Assembly (NCBI GenBank): GCA_017415805.1
Contig: JAFQEC010000008.1
Span: 644 to 64,643, forward strand
Length of the DNA: 64,000 nt
Reading direction: 5' to 3'
Source of the DNA: Clostridia bacterium
Lineage (GTDB): Bacteria; Bacillota; Clostridia; Oscillospirales; CAG-272
The notes beneath the pieces are model-generated. The model worked only from the letters and a program-made list of their open reading frames with translations. It was not told the DNA's origin and did not search any database. The translations under genes and the position numbers were made by a program. Of this stretch, positions 8,603 to 16,937 are shown one piece after another (positions within the stretch are counted from its first letter, which is position 1; each line of letters begins with the position of its first letter).

Positions 8603-8631
8603 ATTGTACACAAAAATCCGTCAAAAGTCAA
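8603..8631 (-). promoter_or_regulatory. sigma-A type promoter
   Basis: TTGACT, 17-nt spacer, TACAAT on the minus strand. Confidence 0.6.
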
Positions 8632-8668
8632 CCCTTTGCGACACTTATGATACAAAATTGGCCATGGC

Positions 8669-10114
8669 TCAGGCATGAGCCATGGCGCTTTTTGCGATCG
8701 CGCGCTCACAAAAGGGCACGCGTTTGCCGCAGATGAGCTGATAGTCCTCATTCCCCTTGCCTGCCAGCAACAGCACGTCGTCGGGGCGCATCTCGGAAAC
8801 GGCACGGCGGATGGCCTGCTCACGGTCGGGCAGGATGACGAGCCGCCGCTTGTCGGGCGCGGCCTCCAGCAATGCCGCACACACCGCCTCGGGCGGCTCG
8901 CGGTCGGGATTGTCGGCTGTGAAATAAACGAAATCGGCGTGCTCCAGTGCCGCGCGCGCCAGCGGTGCACGGCGCGCTTGGGCGCGACCGCCAACCGACC
9001 CCACAACGACCGAAAGCCTGCCCCGTGTTACAGCGCGCAGGACCGTGAGCGCGTGTGCTACGTGCTCGGCGGTATAGCCCGCATCCACGAATACCGTCCG
9101 CCCGCGCGAGCGCACGACACATTCCAGACGGCCGATCTCGATGGGGTCACAGAGCGCATCGGCGATCTGCCCGTGCGTGCATCCCGCAATACGCGCCAGC
9201 ACCGCTGCGGCCAGCGCGTTCTCTACGGCGTCTGTGCCAATTGCGCGCAACGCAATTTCGGTGCGCATCTCACCCTCACAGAGTGTAAAATGTGTCACAA
9301 GGTCGTCATCGGTACGGATACACGCCGCCGAAAAGTCACCGCCCTCACCAAAGCAAATACGCTTGCCCGCGCAGGCAAGGTCTGCGCACGCGGTGGGCAT
9401 AACCGCAAAGGCGGCCTTGCCGGCAAGCAGCGATTCCTTGGCCGCGCGATAGGCCTCGGGGGAGCGAAAATAGCCCTCTGTACGGTGATCGGGATCGAAA
9501 TTTGTCAACAAAACAGCCGTAAACGGTATGTATAACGCACTTTTTTGCGCAAGCTGATAGGCCGAGAGCTCCAACAGCACGATCTCGGCGCCCGCATGCG
9601 CAAAATAGGCAAGACGGCGTCCGAGCTCCGCGGCATCGGGCACAATGGCATCCTGCGGTGTGCGTAGACCCTCGAACGCTGTTCCCTCGTCGGTCAGAGT
9701 GGCGACGCGATGCCCTGCGCGCGCAAGGATATGCGCCAGACGCAACACCACCGAGGTCTTGCCCGCCGTGCCCGTGATGCCGAACACCGTCAGGCGGCGC
9801 GCCGCATCGCCGTAGCAACGCGCGGCAAGGCGTGCCAACACCTCGGCGCTCTCCTCGACGATCAGCACCGTGGCATCGGGCGGCAGGCCAAGCCCGCGCT
9901 CCGCCACAAAGACACGGCAGCCCGCCGCATAGGCCGAAAAGGCCGCCGGGTGTCCGTTGCGCAGGACGGTGCGCGTACAGACAAAGAGCGCATTCTCGTG
10001 CGCGTGCTCAAAACGCGTCGCAATATCGGAAATGTACCGATCGGCATGATGTGAGAGCGGCGCACCCAGCACCGAAAAATCAAGCCCCTCGATCAAGGTC
10101 GAAAGTCGGATCAT
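8669..10114 (-). CDS. murE: UDP-N-acetylmuramoyl-tripeptide synthetase (Mur ligase family, MurE-like)
   Basis: GGGAGGGAG RBS. P-loop GITGTAGKTS. Mur ligase middle and C-terminal domains. DNP motif reads TADNPDRE. Confidence 0.85.
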   Translation of the reverse strand: MIRLSTLIEGLDFSVLGAPLSHHADRYISDIATRFEHAHENALFVCTRTVLRNGHPAAFSAYAAGCRVFVAERGLGLPPDATVLIVEESAEVLARLAARCYGDAARRLTVFGITGTAGKTSVVLRLAHILARAGHRVATLTDEGTAFEGLRTPQDAIVPDAAELGRRLAYFAHAGAEIVLLELSAYQLAQKSALYIPFTAVLLTNFDPDHRTEGYFRSPEAYRAAKESLLAGKAAFAVMPTACADLACAGKRICFGEGGDFSAACIRTDDDLVTHFTLCEGEMRTEIALRAIGTDAVENALAAAVLARIAGCTHGQIADALCDPIEIGRLECVVRSRGRTVFVDAGYTAEHVAHALTVLRAVTRGRLSVVVGSVGGRAQARRAPLARAALEHADFVYFTADNPDREPPEAVCAALLEAAPDKRRLVILPDREQAIRRAVSEMRPDDVLLLAGKGNEDYQLICGKRVPFCERAIAKSAMAHA

Positions 10115-10485
10115 GTCTTCTCCCTCCCAAGCAGATCTGCGGCGCGGCGCAGGATAAAGCGCCCCTCCAGCACCGCGCGGTTGCGCGCCACGAAGGGCTC
10201 ATACGCACGGTCGCACAGAACCAGCAGCGGAATCTGCCCACAGCTCCCGTCGCACTGATCCCACAGGATCGAAAGCAGGATCTCATCCCCGAGGGTGGGC
10301 GGTGCCTCGACCAGCCGAACGCTTGGCAAAAAGCGCAGCGTCAACGCACGCTTGCCCGTCAGGACCGTGCTGGAGAGCCCATAGCGCTTTTCAAACAGGC
10401 GCACACACGCATGGCAGGACGTATCGGAGCCCAACAAAACGGGCGACAGGTATTCACGCAGCAACTCCTCCATCTTTCCCTCCAT
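10111..10485 (-). CDS. stand-alone pre-ATP-grasp-like domain protein (124 aa)
   Basis: Its stop overlaps the murE start (ATGA). The N-terminus PVLLGSDTSCHACVRLFEKRYGL and the segment LLVLCDRAYEPF resemble the N-terminal lobe of clostridial carboxylate-amine ligases. No ATP-grasp core follows. Confidence 0.6.
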   Translation of the reverse strand: MEGKMEELLREYLSPVLLGSDTSCHACVRLFEKRYGLSSTVLTGKRALTLRFLPSVRLVEAPPTLGDEILLSILWDQCDGSCGQIPLLVLCDRAYEPFVARNRAVLEGRFILRRAADLLGREKT

Positions 10486-10606
10486 GGCTTTTCTTCCCCT
10501 CCATTATACCGCACAACGGTGCAAAAAACAAGCGAATTTTGTAGAGAGCAAAATTTTCTCTTGCGCCCTCGCACAGAATGCGGTATAATGGGAGAGGAAG
10601 AACGAG

Positions 10607-11191
10607 GTGTACCGCATGAAAAAGGAAAATCTACTCCATATTTTCTCACACATGCCCGAGCTTGAGACTGAGAGAGTGCTGCTGCGCGCCATGCGTGTGA
10701 GCGACGCCCCCGATATGTTTGAATATGCCAAAAATCCCGAGGTCACACAGTATTTGCTCTGGCGCCCCCATACCGACGTAGGCTATACACGCTCCTACCT
10801 CGAATACCTCGGTGGGCGTTACCGCGTGGGCGGATGCTACGAATGGGCGGTGGTGCACAAGGGCGAGCGACGCATGATCGGCACCTGCGGCTTTGCGCGC
10901 ATCGACACCGCGCACAACTGCGCGGAGCTGGGCTATGTGCTGAGTCCCGCCTATCACGGGCAGGGCCTGATGCACGAGGCGGCCGCACGGGTTCTGCGCT
11001 TTGGCTTTCGGGTGCTGGGGCTTCACCGTATTGAGGCGCGGTATATGCTGGGCAACGAGGCCTCGCGGCACGTGATGGAGCGACTTGGTATGCAATTTGA
11101 GGGCGTTAAGCGCCAATCCATGCTGGTCAAGGGTGCTTACCGCGACATTGTGACCTATGCCATTCTGTCAAATGAATTTCAAGACGAATAA
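10607..11191 (+). CDS. GNAT family N-acetyltransferase (RimJ/RimL-like)
   Basis: Typical ERVLLR...D...F...NPEV N-terminus and an acetyl-CoA-binding region (YHGQGLMHEA). TTGCGC-17-TATAAT promoter at 10561-10589. The alternative start is the ATG at 10616. Confidence 0.9.
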   Translation: MYRMKKENLLHIFSHMPELETERVLLRAMRVSDAPDMFEYAKNPEVTQYLLWRPHTDVGYTRSYLEYLGGRYRVGGCYEWAVVHKGERRMIGTCGFARIDTAHNCAELGYVLSPAYHGQGLMHEAAARVLRFGFRVLGLHRIEARYMLGNEASRHVMERLGMQFEGVKRQSMLVKGAYRDIVTYAILSNEFQDE

Positions 11192-11253
11192 TACAAGCAA
11201 ATATTGGCAAAGATCCTTCTTGCAAGCAAAATGCAGAGCAAGGAGGATTTTTT

Positions 11254-11817
11254 ATGGCAAGCTATATGAAAATGGGGGTAGATCCCGCCAACCTGGAGGG
11301 AACCAAGACCGCACAGAATCTGCACACGGCACTCTCGGGAGAATCGCAAGCGTATTTGCGCTATCAATGGTTTGAGAAAAAGGCCAAGGAGGACGGCTTT
11401 GTTGCCATCTCGCGCCTGTTCCACGAGACCGCGCAAAACGAGAAGGAGCACGCCGAGATCTGGTTCCGCTATCTTGGCGGCTACAGCGCGACCGAGCGCA
11501 ATCTGGAGGCGGCGGCAGGGGGCGAGCACTTTGAATGGGAGACGATGTACGCCCAATTTGCCAAGGAAGCGCGCGACGAGGGCTTTGAGGCGATCGCACA
11601 GCTCTTTGAGCGCGTGGCCTCGATCGAAAAGCAGCACGAGCAAAACTACCGCAAGGCGCTGGACGAGGTGCGTGCGGGAACGGTATTCACCTCGGACAAT
11701 CCGACCACGCGCTGGATCTGCCTGAACTGCGGCTATGTGGTCACCGCCGCAGAGCCGCCCGCCATCTGCCCCACCTGTCAGCATCCGCAGGGATATTTTG
11801 ATCGGCAAACGAATTGA
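11254..11817 (+). CDS. rbr: rubrerythrin
   Basis: AAGGAGG RBS. Ferritin-like diiron domain (EKEHAEIW) plus a C-terminal rubredoxin CxxC...CxxC (CLNCG, CPTCQ). Confidence 0.95.
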   Translation: MASYMKMGVDPANLEGTKTAQNLHTALSGESQAYLRYQWFEKKAKEDGFVAISRLFHETAQNEKEHAEIWFRYLGGYSATERNLEAAAGGEHFEWETMYAQFAKEARDEGFEAIAQLFERVASIEKQHEQNYRKALDEVRAGTVFTSDNPTTRWICLNCGYVVTAAEPPAICPTCQHPQGYFDRQTN

Positions 11818-11824
11818 ATCAGTG

Positions 11825-11867
11825 AAAAAAAGAGCGAGCACAGAAAATCTGTGCTCGCTCTTTTTTG
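11825..11867. terminator. bidirectional hairpin terminator
   Basis: Stem AGAGCGAGCACAG / CTGTGCTCGCTCT flanked by an A-run and a T-run. Confidence 0.85.
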
Positions 11868-11887
11868 CGTGCATACCAGAAAACACA

Positions 11888-12259
11888 TTAACTTCTTGGC
11901 TTGCCGCCCTTGCAAATCGCCGCCGCGAGTAATCCGAAGCAAAGCGCGGCGGCAGTTCCCCCGGCTGCGGCCGAAAGACCGCCCGTAAACGCGCCGATCA
12001 AGCCCTTCTCGTCCACGGCAGCACGCACACCCTTGGCGATCAAATAACCAAAGCCCGAAAGGGGGGTGGTCGCCCCCGCGCCCGCAAAATCGGCAAGCGG
12101 CCCATAGACCCCCACAGCACCCAGCAGCACGCCCGCCACCACAAAGCCAACCAAAATACGTGCGGGGGTGAGCTTTGTCTTGTCGATCAAGACCTGCGCG
12201 ATCACGCAAAACGCTCCCCCGATCAAAAACGCCCAAAGCAGCTTCAATACGATCTCCAT
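11888..12259 (-). CDS. spoVAE: stage V sporulation protein AE (SpoVAEB-type)
   Basis: Start at MEIVLKLLWAFLIGG. Conserved FAGAGATTPLSGFG motif. ATGA overlap with spoVAD. Confidence 0.85.
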   Translation of the reverse strand: MEIVLKLLWAFLIGGAFCVIAQVLIDKTKLTPARILVGFVVAGVLLGAVGVYGPLADFAGAGATTPLSGFGYLIAKGVRAAVDEKGLIGAFTGGLSAAAGGTAAALCFGLLAAAICKGGKPRS

Positions 12260-13263
12260 CACTTCTCCTCCTTGCTCTCCAAGCAAACCAGATGTGCCAC
12301 GGCAGGGATGCACTCGCCCTGCTGGATCGACTGGGGGCTCATCATCGCGCCCGTGCCCAGCATCAGCACGCGCTTGAGGTCTCCCGTCGCAAGCTTGGGG
12401 AGCAGATACGAGGCCACCACCGACGCCGAGCAACCGCAACCCGATCCCCCCGCATGCGTATCCTGCGTATCGCGGCTATAGAGCATCATACCGCAATCGT
12501 TGTAGACGGGGCGAATATCCACCCCCTCCATCTGCATCAGCTCACAGAGAATGTCGCCGCCCTCGTACCCGAGATCCCCCGTGGCGATCAGGTCAAAATC
12601 CGCAGGTTCTGTCTCGGTTGCGGCAAAAAAGCGCAGCAGCGTATCCGCCGCGGCGGGTGCCATGGCCGCGCCCATGTTGGCAGAATCCTTGATCCCCTTT
12701 TCGATCACGATGCCGGGCATCACGCCCCGCACCAGCACCTCGGCCTCCTCAGCGCTCCCCACGACGAATGCGCCTGCGGCGGTCGCCGTCCACTGTGCGG
12801 TCGGGGCACGCTGCGCACCGTATTCAATGGGCGAGCGATACTGTCGCTCGGCCGTGCAGTTGTGCGAGGATGCCACCGCAGCCGCACGGCGAAGCGTGCC
12901 TCCCGTGACGAGAAGCGAGGACAGGATCAACCCCTCCGCCGCGGTGGAGCACGCGCCGTAAAGGCCAAAGTACGGCACGGTGAAGTCCTTTAAGCCATAC
13001 GCCGCGCCGATACACTGATTGAGCAGATCGCCCGAAAAAATTGCGTCAATGCCCCTCTCATCCAGCTCTGCCTTCGCCAGTGCCGTATTGAGTGCAAGGC
13101 GCTGCATCTCAGCCTCCGCCTTCTCCCACGTTTTCTGTCCGAAGCGGTCGTCCGGACTGTGCAGATCAAAGCAAGCGCCAAGCGGCCCCTGCTTTTCTGT
13201 TTTTCCAACCACCGATGCCGCCGATAGGATGCCGCACCGCGTGGGTAACCAAAGATTTCGCAT
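12259..13263 (-). CDS. spoVAD: stage V sporulation protein AD
   Basis: Start at MRNLW with a GGGGGGA RBS. Thiolase-like fold with conserved GDLLNQ, ACST, SSHN.TAERQ.R.P.EYG and GGSGCGCSA blocks. Confidence 0.9.
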   Translation of the reverse strand: MRNLWLPTRCGILSAASVVGKTEKQGPLGACFDLHSPDDRFGQKTWEKAEAEMQRLALNTALAKAELDERGIDAIFSGDLLNQCIGAAYGLKDFTVPYFGLYGACSTAAEGLILSSLLVTGGTLRRAAAVASSHNCTAERQYRSPIEYGAQRAPTAQWTATAAGAFVVGSAEEAEVLVRGVMPGIVIEKGIKDSANMGAAMAPAAADTLLRFFAATETEPADFDLIATGDLGYEGGDILCELMQMEGVDIRPVYNDCGMMLYSRDTQDTHAGGSGCGCSASVVASYLLPKLATGDLKRVLMLGTGAMMSPQSIQQGECIPAVAHLVCLESKEEK

Positions 13264-13364
13264 ACCGTTCCCCCCGATTGATTTCGAGATTAGTTTGGCA
13301 CGGTTTCCTTTTTTTATGCAAAAAGAGAACGGCAACGCCCCATTTATTGGGCCGTTGCCGTTGT

Positions 13365-13901
13365 TTAATCCCGAAAGAAGCGAAGGCGCGTGCGCCAGCG
13401 TTGGAGATAGGTGGAGATGAGTCGCGTGAGCGCGATGTCGTAGATCACAAAGATCGGCGTGCCAATGATCGGCAGCCAATACCAGTACGAAAGGATCAGT
13501 GCGGCATCGGGCAGCACCAGCTTGACAGCCACAAACGCCGCAAGCGCAAGGCAAGCATTGAAGATAGCGAGCTTGAGCACCCACGCAAGCACGCGCGGCA
13601 GCTTGCTCTCCAGCCCCGCCTTGACGATCGGATAAAAGCCCGCAAAGAGCGCGTAAAGCACCGCGGGAGTTTTATTTGGCAAAAGCAAAAGCCCGAGCAC
13701 AGCGGTCACCGCATAGATCAGATAGGGATATTTTCCCCCCATCTCAATGACCGCGAACACCACCAGCAGTGACGCGAGTGCCGCCATGGAGAGGTCCAGC
13801 ACCTCGATAAATGCCCCCAGCGTGAGGAGCAGTACACCGAGTGCCGCCAGCACCGAGGCCATGGCCAAGCGTCGCGTGCCTTGATTTCTGCGTGTGCCCA
13901 T
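13365..13901 (-). CDS. small polytopic membrane protein (about 5 TM), function unknown
   Basis: The start codon lies 1 nt after the stop of the J-domain gene. The sequence is hydrophobic throughout with a basic C-terminus. Confidence 0.7.
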   Translation of the reverse strand: MGTRRNQGTRRLAMASVLAALGVLLLTLGAFIEVLDLSMAALASLLVVFAVIEMGGKYPYLIYAVTAVLGLLLLPNKTPAVLYALFAGFYPIVKAGLESKLPRVLAWVLKLAIFNACLALAAFVAVKLVLPDAALILSYWYWLPIIGTPIFVIYDIALTRLISTYLQRWRTRLRFFRD

Positions 13902-13902
13902 T

Positions 13903-14568
13903 TCAGCAGCAGGAGATCAGGTCGCCGCCCATGCACTCACAGCAGCAGTCGGCACAGATCAGCGTAGAGCACATGTCGCATCCACTGCACCCACCTGCCG
14001 AGTTGGTGGTCTGATAGCCCCCACCGAAGCTCTGCGCACGGGAGTTCAGGCGCGTTTTGAAGGTCCAGTATTCGTTATTGGTGGGCTCCATACGGTAGGC
14101 GGTATCGAAATGACGCTGTGCGTCGGCATAAAAGCCCTTGCGAAGCGCCACACAGCCGTGCAGGAAATACCACTCGGCACCGCGGTCAGCATCCGAGATC
14201 TCGCCGAGCAGTCGCTCGGCCTCGGTGATATTGCCCGCATTGATGCAATTGCGGATTAGCACGAACTTACTGCGCGCATGCTCCGAATAGTGACTGGAAT
14301 AGGAATTTGTGCCACCGTTATGGGGGTTTTGGCCGTAATTGGCCGAGCCGCCGGAAGAGCCGCCCGACGCTCCATCTGCGCGCTCGCGCTGGATCTGCTC
14401 GTATGCGGCGTTGATCTCCTTCATCTTTTCGCTTGCAAGATCGGCCAGATCGCTTCCCGCGTAACGGTCGGGATGGTACTTACGCACCAGCTCGTGATAG
14501 GCCTTCTTGATATCGTCGTCGCTTGCGTTTTGTGAAACGCCAAGCACCTTGTAGGGATTGTTACTCAC
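13903..14568 (-). CDS. J-domain protein with TPR-like region and poly-cysteine C-terminal tail
   Basis: GTG start preceded by AAGGAGG, overlapping the upstream gene as GTGAGTAA. J domain NPYKVLGV...KYHPDR. The last 30 aa contain 10 Cys ([30 protein letters not shown]). Confidence 0.9.
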   Translation of the reverse strand: MSNNPYKVLGVSQNASDDDIKKAYHELVRKYHPDRYAGSDLADLASEKMKEINAAYEQIQRERADGASGGSSGGSANYGQNPHNGGTNSYSSHYSEHARSKFVLIRNCINAGNITEAERLLGEISDADRGAEWYFLHGCVALRKGFYADAQRHFDTAYRMEPTNNEYWTFKTRLNSRAQSFGGGYQTTNSAGGCSGCDMCSTLICADCCCECMGGDLISCC

Positions 14569-15439
14569 GGGAATCCTCCTTTTTGCATGCCTTGCCAAAC
14601 AGAACCTGCTGTACGGTTGCGGGCATGCCCAGATATAAAATGTTACGTAGCACCTCGCGTCGCTCGGGGCACGCGCCCACGGGCAAAAGCTCGAGCGCGC
14701 TTTCCAGATCCGAGAGCGTCGCCAGAAGCGCGTCGTGCAAGCCTTGACGCTCCTCGCCACTCGGTTTGCCGCCATAGAGGAGCAACAGGGGGTTGTATCG
14801 GCCGCGCGCGACGTCCTCGTCCAGATCGTCGATTGCATCTACCAGGTATATAAATCGCCCCGTTTGCCGCCCAATTACGGCGGCGATGCGCGCCTTCTCA
14901 TCCGAAAGTCCATGGGAAACGATCCCCGCGAGCAGCTCACCGAAGATGGCGGCAGGGGCATCGGCCGAGGGTCGCTTTTCCTGCTCAAGCACGCGCAGCT
15001 CAGCAAGCAGGCGACGCACGGTGGCGGCAAGCTCGGGCACGCGCTTGCGCGCGCGACGGTAGGCACCGTACAAAAAGAGCTTGCGAAAACGCGCACGCAG
15101 TCGGCGCCAGCCGCGCTCGTCCGCCACGTCGTCACGGCATTTTTCAAAGGCCAGCACCGCGGCGGCATCGGCACAGTAGCAAAGCTCGTCATTGGGCTCC
15201 ATCATCGTGCGCTTGTTCGTGGGGTGTGCAAGACAACGGCGGCGACGGAAGACGGGCGCACGGTCTGAGAGCTCCATACGCACGTTGGCCAAAAACGCAA
15301 AGTCATAGCTGAGCGCCAGACGCGAGCACTGCCCCGTGCATTTGCCCATACTGCGGCAAAGCCCGCAATACGACGCGCGATAATATTCGTATTCGCGCAC
15401 GCGCAGCTCGCCGCGCCGTATCTTGACATAGCCGAACAT
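14561..15439 (-). CDS. DUF5685-like protein with N-terminal Cys cluster
   Basis: Start at MFGYVKI, with GGAG 7 nt upstream. Cys cluster [15 protein letters not shown]. The remainder is helical. The family assignment is from memory of DUF5685 N-termini. Confidence 0.6.
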   Translation of the reverse strand: MFGYVKIRRGELRVREYEYYRASYCGLCRSMGKCTGQCSRLALSYDFAFLANVRMELSDRAPVFRRRRCLAHPTNKRTMMEPNDELCYCADAAAVLAFEKCRDDVADERGWRRLRARFRKLFLYGAYRRARKRVPELAATVRRLLAELRVLEQEKRPSADAPAAIFGELLAGIVSHGLSDEKARIAAVIGRQTGRFIYLVDAIDDLDEDVARGRYNPLLLLYGGKPSGEERQGLHDALLATLSDLESALELLPVGACPERREVLRNILYLGMPATVQQVLFGKACKKEDSRE

Positions 15440-15572
15440 AGACACACTCCAAACAAACGTTATTTATTCTATATTACCGCATCCAAGTGAAAAATACAAG
15501 TGTATTGTGTGAAATTTTTCCACCAATGCGCATTTTTTCAATATTATAGGAGTAAAGCAATGCGCCTGCTAC

Positions 15573-15600
15573 AAAAAAAGAGCCCTATAGGGCTCTTTTT
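15573..15600 (-). terminator. Rho-independent terminator
   Basis: Stem GAGCCC / GGGCTC followed by TTTTTTTG on the minus strand. Confidence 0.8.
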
Positions 15601-15845
15601 CATCCATAATCGTGACGGAAGCCTGCGTCCACACCATACTTTTCAAACACGCAAATAATCTCCTCAATTTTGTCAAAGCATTCGGGGTCATCTAAGCTTT
15701 GGTCGCGCACGATATCACGAATATCCTGCAGCATCCGATAGCTCATCGCACGCACAATATCCTCAAAAAAGGATTTGAGATCGATCGGGTTTTGGTCATT
15801 TGCGCGCCACAAAAAATATCGAGCCAATTCTTCGTACAATTCCAT
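15600..15845 (-). CDS. hypothetical acidic 81-aa protein
   Basis: GAGGAG RBS and its own terminator. No motif recognised. It lies in an AT-rich islet. Confidence 0.6.
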   Translation of the reverse strand: MELYEELARYFLWRANDQNPIDLKSFFEDIVRAMSYRMLQDIRDIVRDQSLDDPECFDKIEEIICVFEKYGVDAGFRHDYG

Positions 15846-15873
15846 ATCTCCTCGCCTTGTGCTATTTTATATT

Positions 15874-15893
15874 ATTTTACACGATTTTACACG
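15874..15893. promoter_or_regulatory. tandem direct repeat ATTTTACACG x2 (candidate RHH operator)
   Basis: Two perfect 10-bp copies plus a degenerate third copy. They sit in the 112-bp divergent intergenic region. Confidence 0.4.
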
Positions 15894-15957
15894 ATTTGCC
15901 AATATTGCATTTTGCCTTATAGTATAATACAATATAGATAAATACAGGGAGGGCGTT

Positions 15958-16113
15958 ATGAAGCCGTTGAAGCAAAGTATCAGCATTACATTGGATGGCG
16001 ATGTGATCGATGCGATCAAGGCACGCGCCGAGGACTGTGAGCGCTCGGTCTCGCAATATATCAATCTGATTTTGAAAGAACACCTGAAGGGTGATCAAGC
16101 CGCACCGAAATAA
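15958..16113 (+). CDS. ribbon-helix-helix (CopG/Arc-like) protein, 51 aa; not in the supplied ORF track
   Basis: Manual translation: MKPLKQSISITLDGDVIDAIKARAEDCERSVSQYINLILKEHLKGDQAAPK. AGGGAGGG RBS. A beta-strand then two helices, the RHH pattern. Terminator downstream. Confidence 0.7.
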   Translation: MKPLKQSISITLDGDVIDAIKARAEDCERSVSQYINLILKEHLKGDQAAPK

Positions 16114-16123
16114 TGCCATTTGC

Positions 16124-16165
16124 AAAAGAACCGCGAGCGTTGCTCGCGGTTCTTTTTATTTTTTG
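16124..16165. terminator. bidirectional hairpin terminator
   Basis: Stem AAGAACCGCGAGC / GCTCGCGGTTCTT followed by TTTTATTTTTT. Confidence 0.85.
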
Positions 16166-16476
16166 AGATCGGGCAGACCAACCACGCCGTCAACAGGCAG
16201 CGAAAAGGCAATGCCTTGCCCCGGGGTATTGAGACCCGCCTCGCGATAAATGGCGTGTAGAATGTCGTCCTTGATTGCGGTGGGCACGAGGATGAGCACG
16301 ACCTCCTTGTCGGGCTGGATGGTGATCTTGAAGAAGGTCTCGGCCTCGGGATTGGCCGTTCCGCGTGCATGCAGAACCGTGCCGCCCGTGGCACCGCAGG
16401 CGCGTGCCGCGCTCATAACGGTATCGGAAAAGCCCGCATTGACGATGCAAAGTATGGTTTCATATTGATATTTCAT
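16156..16476 (-). CDS. P-II family signal-transduction-like protein
   Basis: Start at MKYQYE with an AAGGAGG RBS. About 106 aa with a ferredoxin-like beta-alpha-beta pattern. It sits 2 nt after the preceding gene. Confidence 0.7.
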   Translation of the reverse strand: MKYQYETILCIVNAGFSDTVMSAARACGATGGTVLHARGTANPEAETFFKITIQPDKEVVLILVPTAIKDDILHAIYREAGLNTPGQGIAFSLPVDGVVGLPDLKK

Positions 16477-16478
16477 CG

Positions 16479-16925
16479 TTACTCCTCCTTCATTGCTTTT
16501 CGGTTGTCGCAAAGAAAACGGTAGAGTGCAACGCCGATCATGCCCGACAGCGGCACGGTGTAGGCAATTCCCTTTCCGTTGCGGACGGTGGCAAATTTTT
16601 CGCCAAGCAGCCGCAACGCGGCGGGGGCGCGGTCCTCACGGATCAGGCTGAAGATCACCTTTTTGCCATTCTCCTCAAGACCCATGAGCTGCAAGAGCTC
16701 CGAGGTGGCGGTGCCACGCGCCGAGATACTGAATTGCAAATTGACCGAGAAGGTTTGCAGCAGGTCGGTATAAAATTCGGCCTTTTCGCGGTTGACGATG
16801 GTGATGAGCAGCTTGAGCTTTTGCGGCGCGGTATTACGCGCGGGCACGGCCGGCGATTTTGCCGCGGCGCGCGCACGGGGCTTGCGCACGGGTGTGCGCT
16901 TTTTGGTGTTCTGTTCCTCGGACAT
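16479..16925 (-). CDS. P-II-like protein with basic N-terminal extension
   Basis: AGGGGG RBS. The core LLITIVNREKAEFYTDLL...GKGIAYTVPL resembles the neighbouring P-II-like gene. Confidence 0.6.
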   Translation of the reverse strand: MSEEQNTKKRTPVRKPRARAAAKSPAVPARNTAPQKLKLLITIVNREKAEFYTDLLQTFSVNLQFSISARGTATSELLQLMGLEENGKKVIFSLIREDRAPAALRLLGEKFATVRNGKGIAYTVPLSGMIGVALYRFLCDNRKAMKEE

Positions 16926-16937
16926 GTGCGCACCCCC

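Noticed and set aside
15559-15660. 33-aa plus-strand ORF starting at the ATG at 15559
   Set aside because: It runs through the terminator hairpin and antisense into the 81-aa gene. Its apparent RBS (TAGGAG) is probably fortuitous.
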